Assembly (NCBI GenBank): GCA_027021705.1
Contig: JALUTT010000099.1
Span: 44,974-108,973, forward strand
Direction of reading: 5' to 3'
DNA: 64,000 bases
DNA from: Anaerolineae bacterium
GTDB taxonomy: Bacteria; Chloroflexota; Anaerolineae; S140-20
Below the pieces are notes generated by a model, which saw nothing but the letters and a program-made list of their open reading frames with translations, did not search any database and was not told the DNA's origin. A program made the translations under genes and the position numbers. This document shows, piece by piece, positions 31,055 to 39,038 of this stretch; position 1 is the stretch's first letter, and each line of letters opens with the position of its first letter.

Positions 31055-32103
31055 GCGACAAATTGCGAATTGCGAATTGCAATTTGCAATTTGCAATTTG
31101 CAACTTGCAACTTGCCACTTGCCACTTGCAACTTGTAACTTGCAACCTGAAACTGCCCGTGAACGCTTTTGAGAGGTTCTCCGTCATCATCCCGTCCTAC
31201 AACAGCGCGGCCACCATCCGGGCCTGCCTGGACTCGGTGCTGGCCCAGGAGACGCCGCTGCCCTACGAGATCATCGTCGCCGACAGTTCCGACGACGCCA
31301 CCCCTCGGATCATCCGGCAGCGCTACGGCGACCGGGTGCGGCTCCTCCGCTTCCCCCGCCGGACCGATCCGGGCACCGCCCGCAACACGGCCATCGCCCA
31401 GGCCCAGGGTGACCTGCTCCTCTTCACCGACGCCGACTGCATCGTGCCCCCCGACTGGGCAGCGCGGATGGTCCAGGCCCACCGGGAACAGGACTGCCGC
31501 ATCGTCGGCGGAGCGGTGGTGAACGGCAACCCGGAGAGCCTCATCAGTTGGGCCGGCTACCTGAAGGAGTTCAGTGAGTACCTGCCCGACGCCCGGCCCG
31601 GCTTCGTCCACAGCCTGCCCACCTGCAACATCTCCTACCGGCGGGAGGTCTTCGAGGAGTACGGCGGCTACCAAGGCGACTACTACCCCCAGGAAGACTA
31701 CCTCTTCCACTGGCGGCTGATCAAGGGGGGCGAGCGCATCTACTTCGACCCGACCATCCAGGTGCGCCACGTCCACCGGGCCACCCTGCGCGACTACCTG
31801 CGCCACAGCCACCGCTTCGGCGTCGTCACCTCCCAGGTGCTCAAGATCACCGACCTGCCGGGCCACTGGTTCGCCCGCCGACCCTGGCTCGCGCCCCTCT
31901 TCATCCCGTTTCTGCCCTTCATCAAGTTCACCCGGACGACGCTGCGGACCTGGCGGGTCAACCCGGAGCTGATCCGCCGGCGCCCCCTCGTCCTCCCCCT
32001 CCTCTTCGTGGGCCTGCTGAGCTGGGAGATCGGCTTCATCCAGGGCGTCTATACCGACCACCGACCGCTGACCGCCGACCGAGGCGGGCGGACCGAGGGT
32101 TGA
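31051..32103 (+). CDS. Glycosyltransferase family 2 (alternative start GTG 31159)
   Basis: SVIIPSYN, CL.SVL.Q, ARN, FTDADC (DxD), QED. Confidence 0.88.
   Translation: MSDKLRIANCNLQFAICNLQLATCHLQLVTCNLKLPVNAFERFSVIIPSYNSAATIRACLDSVLAQETPLPYEIIVADSSDDATPRIIRQRYGDRVRLLRFPRRTDPGTARNTAIAQAQGDLLLFTDADCIVPPDWAARMVQAHREQDCRIVGGAVVNGNPESLISWAGYLKEFSEYLPDARPGFVHSLPTCNISYRREVFEEYGGYQGDYYPQEDYLFHWRLIKGGERIYFDPTIQVRHVHRATLRDYLRHSHRFGVVTSQVLKITDLPGHWFARRPWLAPLFIPFLPFIKFTRTTLRTWRVNPELIRRRPLVLPLLFVGLLSWEIGFIQGVYTDHRPLTADRGGRTEG
31061..31148. repeat. AT-rich heptamer repeat TTGCAA(T/C)
   Basis: About 12 imperfect units in otherwise GC-rich DNA. Confidence 0.88.
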
Positions 32104-32108
32104 GACCG

Positions 32109-34766
32109 ATGGCAGAGGGTTCGAGGCTCGGGGTCACAAGCGTTGGACGCGCGGGGCTGGAGATCGCCCTCCACGGGGTCCGGCTGGCCCTGGTGACGGA
32201 CTACCGCCCCCTGCTGGCCTTCGGGCGGGAGTACCTGGGGCCGCTGCTGGTGACCCATCGGGCGGAGCCCGAGGTGACGGTCTCCTTCCGGTTCGACGCC
32301 GATCCGCTGCCCCCGGCGACCTCGGCCACCGGCCTGCGGCGGGCCGGACGGCGGCTCTGGCTGGACGACGGGCGGGTCTACCAGCCGGAACTGCTGGGGT
32401 TCCCCGGCCTCGCCCTCCTGACCCGGCGCCGGGGCAACCGCTGGACCGTCCGGGCGACCTACCGCCCCCCCTCCCGCCTGGCCCGCTGGCACCACCGGCT
32501 GCGCGGCCCCGATCCCCGCCTCGTCGCCACCCTGCTCTACTACCTGGCCTACTTCCCCCTGCTGGCCTACCTGGAGGCGCACCGGGGCTGGACGCCCCTC
32601 CACGCGGCCGGCGTCGCCCTCCCCGAAGGGGGCCTCCTCATCGCCGGCCTGCCCGGCTGCGGCAAGACGACCCTCGCCCTCGCCTTCGCCGCCCGGCCCG
32701 GGGCCCGCCTCCTCTCCGACAACCTGGTGCTCACCGACGGCCGGCAGCTCTACGCCTGCCCCGAACCCATCCACCTGGACGACGGCCTCCGCCCTCTGCT
32801 GCCCGACCTCGCCGACCTCCTGGTGGCCGAGGAGCGGACCGTCACCCACGGGCGGCGCGACTACCGCCCCCGCCCCCACCGCCAGGCCGCCGCGACGCCC
32901 CCCCGCTGGCTCCTCTTCCCCCTCTTCGCCGACGAGGTCCGGCTGGCCCCCCTCTCCCCGGAGGCCGCCCTGGACCGGCTGCTGACCATCGGCGAGCAGA
33001 CGAAGGAGCTGGCCGCCTACACCGCCCAGCGGGCCGTCTGGGGGCTCCTGGACGATGCGCCGGGGTGGGCGGGCCGGGTCCGAGAGCGGCTGACCGACCT
33101 GGTGGAGCGCCTGGCCTGCTACGAGCTGCACCTACCGCCGGGCCGCCCCCTGCCCCCCCTCACCGCCGAGGTGCTGACGGCCCTCACCGCCGTTCCCGCC
33201 TCCTCCGGTCCGGGAACCCCTGCCACCTCCCCGCAAGCCCCCCTGGCCGCCGGCCAAGCGCCGAACCGCCCGGCTGAGAGGGGGAAACCCCCTTCGGGGG
33301 CTGCAAGTCAGCCCGCAGGGCTCTCTTCCCTTAGCCCGGACCTTCCAGGTCCGGGCCAGGCCGGGCAGACACCCCCCGCCTTCGACGCCCGGACCTTGGA
33401 CCCCCGCGCCCTGGAGGCGCTGGAGGCGCTGGCCGCCCAACCCTTCCTGGCCTGCCCCCCCGTGGCCCTGCCCGACCTACACCTCAAGCCCCGCCTGGAA
33501 GCGCCCTCCAGCCTGGCCACGGCGACCCGGGAGCACCTGGTCCTGGGGCTGACCAGCCCCTCCCCCGGCTGCGGGATGGCGCTGGCCGTGACCCCGCTGG
33601 GGGAGGCCGACCTGAGCGCCGAACGGCTGGACCGCCTCTTCGCCCACCTGGGGGCCGTGCTGGACCCCGACCGGTCATCCCCGGCCATCGGCGAGGAGGC
33701 CCTGGACGCGGTGCTGCTGCGGGGAGCCGCCGCTTGGGCGGAGCGGCTGGGGAGGAGCGAAGCGCTGCTGAAGGCCATCGAGGGGGGAGGCGCTGCCTTC
33801 GCGCCCGAGGAGGTGGAGGCCCACGGCCCGGCCATCCTGGCGACGGTGCCGGCCGCCTTCCGCCCCGTCGCCCGGCGGGAGTTCGGCCTGGTGGGGCGGG
33901 GCAACCATTTCCTGGAGGTGCAGGTGGTCGAGGCGGTGCTGGACCCGGCCACGGCGGCGGCCTGGGGGCTCGCCGTGGGCCAGGTGGTGGTCCTCTTCCA
34001 CGCCGACTCCGGCCACCTGGGGGCCATCGTGGGCCGCCTCTTCGCCCACCGGCGCAAGAACAGCCGCCGGGGGCGGCTCATCGAATGGCAGATCAAGCTG
34101 CCCTACCACCTGCGGGGGCTCCGCTCACCGGGGGTTGCCTGGAGCCGAGCCCGCTACTTCCTCCCCCGCCGCTGGCTGCCCATCCCGGCCGACTCGGAGG
34201 AAGGACGGCGCTGCCGATGGGCCCTGGGCGCTGCCACCAACTACGCCTTCGCCAACCGGCTGGCCGTCCTGGCAGCGCTGGAGCAGGCCCTGCAGGCGGT
34301 TTGGGGCGAGCGGGTCGGCCCCCTCCGCCTCCTCTACGACGCGCCCCACAACGGCATCGCCCGGGAGCGCATCGGCGGCCAGGACCTCTGGGTCCACCGC
34401 CACAACGCGGTGCGCGTCACCCCGCCCTCCCGCCTGCCGCCCGACAGCCCCTACCGGGCCACCGGCCACCCCGTGCTGCTGCCGGGAACCCATCGCACCG
34501 CTTCCTTCCTGTGCGCCGGCGATGAAGGGGCTGCCCACACCCTCCACTCGGCCGGCCACGGGGCCGGGGAGACGGCCTTGGCCCTGGGCCGCCCCCTGGA
34601 GGCCCCGGACCGCCGGACCCGCCTCTACCGCTACCGGCGGGGCCTGGTCGAGGAGAGCCCCCCCCTGAGCGACGAGGGCGTGGAGGCAGTGGTGCAGACG
34701 CTGCACCGGTGGGGGATCTGCCGGCCGGTGGTCCGCCTGCGCCCCGTCGCCACGCTCAAGGGGTAG
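32109..34766 (+). CDS. Fusion: HPr-kinase-related P-loop kinase + P/A/S linker + divergent RtcB-family domain
   Basis: N-half LHAAGV...LIAGLPGCGKTT...LLSDN; C-half PDLH, GCGM, GNHFLE, FHADS, PHN, VHRH, GHGAG, terminal LKG in RtcB order. Confidence 0.85.
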   Translation: MAEGSRLGVTSVGRAGLEIALHGVRLALVTDYRPLLAFGREYLGPLLVTHRAEPEVTVSFRFDADPLPPATSATGLRRAGRRLWLDDGRVYQPELLGFPGLALLTRRRGNRWTVRATYRPPSRLARWHHRLRGPDPRLVATLLYYLAYFPLLAYLEAHRGWTPLHAAGVALPEGGLLIAGLPGCGKTTLALAFAARPGARLLSDNLVLTDGRQLYACPEPIHLDDGLRPLLPDLADLLVAEERTVTHGRRDYRPRPHRQAAATPPRWLLFPLFADEVRLAPLSPEAALDRLLTIGEQTKELAAYTAQRAVWGLLDDAPGWAGRVRERLTDLVERLACYELHLPPGRPLPPLTAEVLTALTAVPASSGPGTPATSPQAPLAAGQAPNRPAERGKPPSGAASQPAGLSSLSPDLPGPGQAGQTPPAFDARTLDPRALEALEALAAQPFLACPPVALPDLHLKPRLEAPSSLATATREHLVLGLTSPSPGCGMALAVTPLGEADLSAERLDRLFAHLGAVLDPDRSSPAIGEEALDAVLLRGAAAWAERLGRSEALLKAIEGGGAAFAPEEVEAHGPAILATVPAAFRPVARREFGLVGRGNHFLEVQVVEAVLDPATAAAWGLAVGQVVVLFHADSGHLGAIVGRLFAHRRKNSRRGRLIEWQIKLPYHLRGLRSPGVAWSRARYFLPRRWLPIPADSEEGRRCRWALGAATNYAFANRLAVLAALEQALQAVWGERVGPLRLLYDAPHNGIARERIGGQDLWVHRHNAVRVTPPSRLPPDSPYRATGHPVLLPGTHRTASFLCAGDEGAAHTLHSAGHGAGETALALGRPLEAPDRRTRLYRYRRGLVEESPPLSDEGVEAVVQTLHRWGICRPVVRLRPVATLKG

Positions 34767-34776
34767 GAGGGGAGCC

Positions 34777-36162
34777 GTGCGCTTCTTCCGCCACGTCCTA
34801 AGCACCTTCTTGGCCGAGATCGCCATCGTCGGCCTCAACCTGCTCCTGGGCGTCCTGACCGCCCGGGTGCTGGGGCCGGAGCGCCGGGGCATCCTGGCCC
34901 TGGTGATGACGCTGCCCGTCACCCTGGTCACCTTCGCCGACCTGGGCATCTCCCGGGCCAACATCTACCTCATCGGCCGGCGGGGGCGCTCCCCCCAGCA
35001 GATCGCCTCCAACGCCCTCTTCTTCGCCCTGGCGACGGGGGCGTTCCTGGGGCTGGGCCTCTGGCCGGTCCGGGGGCTGGCCCTCCGCACGCTGCTACGG
35101 GGGCTCCCGGCCCGCTACCTGGCCCTCATCCTGGTGCTGACCCCCTTCCTGCTCCTCTACACCCACTGGCTGGCGATCCTGCGGGCCTTCCAGCGCTTCG
35201 AGCTCTTCAACCTGATCCGGCTGCTGATGCCCCTGAGCCTGTTGGGGATGATGGGGGCGGCGCTCCTCGTCTTCCACGGCGGGATCGGCTGGGCGACGGC
35301 GGCCTACGGCGCGGGGGTCCTCCTGGCCGTGGGGATCAGCCTCGCCATCGTCGGGGCCATCACCCGCCCCCGGCTCCGCTTCGACCGCTCCCTGGCCGGC
35401 GAGGCGATGGCCTACGGCCTCAAATCCTACCTCCAGAACCTGGTCAGCCACCTCACCTACCGGCTGGACCTCTACCTGGTGGCCTACTTCCTCAGCCCGC
35501 GCGAGGTGGCCTTCTACGCCATCGCCACCTCGGCGGCGGAGCTGGCCTGGTACATCCCCAACTCGGTGGGGCTGGTCCTCTTCCCCAAGCTCTCCGCCAC
35601 CGAGGAGGAGCGCATCCACCCGCTGACGGCGGAGATCAGCCGCCACACCCTGCTGATCACCCTGCTGGCGGCCGGCGTCGTCCTGCTGGCCGGTGGCGTC
35701 GGCATCCCCCTGCTCTACGGGGCCGACTACCGGCCGGCCGTCGGTCCGATGGTCATCCTGATGCCCGGCGTGGCGACGATGGCCCTCTACAAGGTGCTGA
35801 GCCGCAACTTCTCCAGCCGCAACCGGCAGGAGGTCTCCATCGCAGCGGCCGCTTTGGGGCTGGCCCTCGACGTGCTCCTCAACGTCATCTTCATCCCCCG
35901 GTTGCGGGTGATGGGGGCGGCTCTGGCCTCCACCATCGCCTACAGCCTGGCGGCGCTGGTCCTGCTGGAGGCTTTCCGGCGGGAGTCGGGGCTGAGCCGG
36001 GAGGCGGTGCTCCGGCTGCGGCAGGACGACCTGCAGCGGTACGCGGAGTTGGTGGCGACGGTCCGGGCGGTTCTCGGCCGATGGCCGACCGCCGATGGCC
36101 GATGGCCGACCGCCGACGGACGACGGCCGACGGCCGACCGCCGATGGCCGACCGTGGACTGA
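34777..36162 (+). CDS. Polysaccharide flippase (Wzx/RfbX-like)
   Basis: ARVLGPE.RG, DLG, RLD.YLV..F, V..YAIA, IP...MGAALAS; multi-TM. Confidence 0.88.
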   Translation: MRFFRHVLSTFLAEIAIVGLNLLLGVLTARVLGPERRGILALVMTLPVTLVTFADLGISRANIYLIGRRGRSPQQIASNALFFALATGAFLGLGLWPVRGLALRTLLRGLPARYLALILVLTPFLLLYTHWLAILRAFQRFELFNLIRLLMPLSLLGMMGAALLVFHGGIGWATAAYGAGVLLAVGISLAIVGAITRPRLRFDRSLAGEAMAYGLKSYLQNLVSHLTYRLDLYLVAYFLSPREVAFYAIATSAAELAWYIPNSVGLVLFPKLSATEEERIHPLTAEISRHTLLITLLAAGVVLLAGGVGIPLLYGADYRPAVGPMVILMPGVATMALYKVLSRNFSSRNRQEVSIAAAALGLALDVLLNVIFIPRLRVMGAALASTIAYSLAALVLLEAFRRESGLSREAVLRLRQDDLQRYAELVATVRAVLGRWPTADGRWPTADGRRPTADRRWPTVD

Positions 36163-36188
36163 GGACCGTGGACCGTGGACTGTGGACT
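36077..36188. repeat. Heptamer repeats CCGA(TGG/CCG/CGG) then GGAC(TGA/CGT/TGT)
   Basis: Spans the flippase stop and encodes the RWPTADG tail. Confidence 0.85.
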
Positions 36189-37052
36189 GGCGAGGAACAC
36201 GAAGGACACCAAGAACTCAAAGAGCACAAAGCGGTACGAAGGGCTGGAGCCCCGCCCCCCCATCCGCTCAATCCGTTCCCCAATCCGCTGACAGCTCGTC
36301 CGCCCCGGCCACGGCGGAGGACACAAAGGACACCAAGAGCGCAAAGAGCACAAAGCGGTGCGAAGGGCTGGAGCCCCGCCCCCCATCCGTTCAATCCGCT
36401 CCCCAATCCGCTGACAGCTTGTCCGCCCCGGCCACGGCGAGGAACACGAAGAACACCAAGAACGCAAAGAGCACAAAGCGGTGCGAAAGGCTGGAGCACC
36501 GCCCCCCCATCCGTTCAATCCGCTCCCCAATCCGTTGACAGCTCGTCCGCCCCGGCCACGGCGGAGGACACAAAGGACACCAAGAGCGCAAAGAGCACAA
36601 AGCGGTACGAAGGGCTGGAGCACCGCCCCCCCATCCGCTCAATCCGTTCCCCAATCCGCTGACAGCTTGTCCGCCCCGGCCACGGCGGAGGACACAAAGG
36701 ACACCAAGAGCGCAAAGAGCACAAAGCGGTACGAAAGGCTGGAGCCCCGCCCTCCCATCCGCTCAATCCGTTCCCCAATCCGCTGACAGCTTGTCCACCC
36801 CGGCCACGGCGAGGAACACGAAGAACACCAAGAGCGCAAAGAGCACAAAGCGGTACGAAAGGCTGGAGCACCAACCCCCCATCCGCTCAATCCGTTCCCC
36901 AATCCGTTGACAGCTCGTCCGCCCCGGCCACGGCGGAGGACACAAAGGACACCAAGAGCGCAAAGAGCACAAAGCGGTGCGAAAGGCTGGAGCACCGCCC
37001 CCCCATCCGTTCAATCCGCTCCCCAATCCGTTGACAGCTTGTCCGCCCCGGC
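36189..37052. repeat. Tandem array of seven about 124-bp units
   Basis: Unit starts at 36189, 36313, 36436, 36560, 36684, 36808, 36932; near-identical along the whole unit. Confidence 0.95.
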
Positions 37053-37096
37053 CTGAAGCGCCGGGGCTGGGAAAGAAGAAACCCAGCACCGCCTGT

Positions 37097-38025
37097 TTAC
37101 GGCGGTGCACAAGGGATGGGGGAGACGCACCGAAACCCGACGTTGACGCTCGAGATGTACGGGACGACCCTGACGCACACCGCACAGCGGGCGATCTCCT
37201 GAAAGTCGTACCACGAGCCGCCACGCACAACGCGCGCTACCTCGTCACCTGGGGAGGGATCCTCCCGACCGTCGTCCGGGCGGTAGGGATAACCGAAGGC
37301 CGGCCGCCGCCAGTCCGGCCCCCACAGGCTCAACGTCCATTCCCACACATTCCCCGCCATGTCGGCCGCGCCATAGGGGCTATCCCCGCCCGGCAGGATC
37401 CCCACAGGTGAGGGTTGCTCGAGCCCGGCCTCGCCCGTATTGGCCCTGCCCTCTTCCCACCTGTCCCCCCAGGGCCAAGTCCGGCCGTCGGTACCCCGAG
37501 CTACCTTCTCCCATTCGGCCTCCGTCGGCAGTCGAACGATCTCGGGTGTCAGGTTCAGGGTCTGAAGTTGTCCCTCCTGCCAGACCTGTACCCTGGAACC
37601 CGTAGCTCGAAACCGCTCCTACAGCCATCGGCAGAAAGCCATCGCTTCGTACCAGGTCACCCCCACCACCGGCTGGTTGGGAGCATTAAAGCGGGGATCG
37701 TGCCAGAAGTCGGGCCGGCCGGTCCGCTGCCACTCCCGGCGCGGCTTTCCCCGCCGCCAGGCCCAGCCGGAGCTCTCTTCGCCCCCCCACCAGGTCGGGT
37801 CGTCGTACCCACCGGCCTCGATGAAGCAGCGATATTGGGCGTTGGTGATGGGGTAGCGGCTGATCAGGAAGGCGGGCAGATCCAGTTGATGCCGGTCCCG
37901 CTCCCCCTCCAGCCATCCCCATAGGAGCTCGAGGAGTTCCTCTTGAGACAACCCTTCAGCGGTATACGTGCCGTCTTCCACCTTCTGCTGTACCCACGCT
38001 TTCCATCGCTCCACTTCCTCAGCGG
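37097..38025 (-). pseudogene. FGE-sulfatase (SUMF1/C-type lectin fold) domain gene, 5'-truncated with in-frame TAG
   Basis: ORFs 37619-38014 and 37097-37405 share a frame; reading through TAG at 37619-37621 gives ITNAQY, PVVGVTWYEA, RLPTEAEWEK, DMAGNVWEW, RGGSW, GFRC. Confidence 0.85.
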
Positions 38026-38280
38026 TCCTTAATTCGTGTATTCGTGCCCCATTCGTGGACGGTCGGTCTCCCTATCTCCAAAGATATGGGGAATCACCAG
38101 GCTTGACAGCGGTGATTCCCCACAAGTGAGCGAGAGAGTGATCCGTAGCAGGCCGTCCACGAATTTCTCACAAATGCACGAATGAGGCGGCCCTTAATTC
38201 GTGTATTCGTGCCCCATTCGTGGACGGCTCGTCTCCCTATCTCCAAAGATATGGGTAATCTAATCACCGGGCGTGACAGC
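38020..38280. repeat. 1.5 tandem copies of hairpin element A
   Basis: 165-bp period (38022/38187); matches 1688-1806. Confidence 0.85.
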
Positions 38281-38378
38281 GTTGACGGAGGGGCGGAGTT
38301 GCGGTAAACTCCTGTGAGCAACTACCCGCACCATCGGCAGCGGCAGCGCCGCCTGCCCGACCGCGAAGGAGTTCCCTG

Positions 38379-39038
38379 ATGGCACCCATCCGTGTCCTGC
38401 TGGCCGACGACCACGCCGTGGTCCGCAAAGGTATCCGTGAGTTCCTCGAAGCGCTGGGAGAGATCGAGGTGGTGGCCGAGGCGGCCGATGGCGAGGAGGC
38501 CAAAGCCCTCATCCGCCAGCACCGGCCCGACGTCGCCATCCTCGACATCCGCATGCCCAAGGCCACCGGCATCGAGGTCACCCGCTGGATCCGGGATCAG
38601 GAGATCCCCATCGGCGTGCTCATCCTGACCGCCTACGACGACGATCCCTTCGTCCTGGCCGCCCTCCAGGCCGGTGCCAACGGCTACGTGCTCAAGACGG
38701 CCGAGGCCGAGGAGATCGTCGCCGCCGTCCAGGCCGTCCACCGGGGGCAGTCCGCCCTCGACCCGGTCATCGCCCGCAAGCTGATGGCCCACCTGGCCAG
38801 CCCCGCCTCCACGGCCAGGCCGGTCGAGCCGCTGACCGCCCGCGAACGCCAGGTCCTGGAGTTGGCCGCCCGGGGCCTGACCAACCGCGCCATCGGTATG
38901 GAGCTGGGGATCAGCAACCGCACCGTCCAGGGCCACCTGGCCAACATCTACGCCAAGCTCCAGGTGGGCAGCCGCACCGAGGCGGTGACCAAAGCCCTCC
39001 GCCTGGGCATCATCCGCCTGCCGGAGGAGGCGTCGTGA
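38379..39038 (+). CDS. NarL/FixJ family response regulator
   Basis: LADDH, LDIRMP, GYVLK, LT.RE.QVL LuxR HTH. Confidence 0.95.
   Translation: MAPIRVLLADDHAVVRKGIREFLEALGEIEVVAEAADGEEAKALIRQHRPDVAILDIRMPKATGIEVTRWIRDQEIPIGVLILTAYDDDPFVLAALQAGANGYVLKTAEAEEIVAAVQAVHRGQSALDPVIARKLMAHLASPASTARPVEPLTARERQVLELAARGLTNRAIGMELGISNRTVQGHLANIYAKLQVGSRTEAVTKALRLGIIRLPEEAS

Noticed and set aside
30061..32103. 680-aa ORF as a single gene
   Set aside because: Its first half is an off-frame shadow of the epimerase; only the part from 31051/31159 is GT2-like
32109..33190. Canonical HPr kinase/phosphorylase or lasso-peptide kinase
   Set aside because: Lacks the HprK N-terminal domain and the EIRGLG signature; no lasso cyclase, peptidase or precursor nearby
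36189..37052. CRISPR array
   Set aside because: Whole 124-bp units are near-identical, with no unique spacers and no cas genes in the window
35891..37230. Repetitive ORFs across the 124-bp array
   Set aside because: 124 is not a multiple of 3, ORFs appear in all frames with stops, and there is no RBS or protein-like composition
37619..37621. Pyrrolysine or programmed amber readthrough
   Set aside because: No pyl genes in the window and the gene is also 5'-truncated, so a nonsense mutation is simpler
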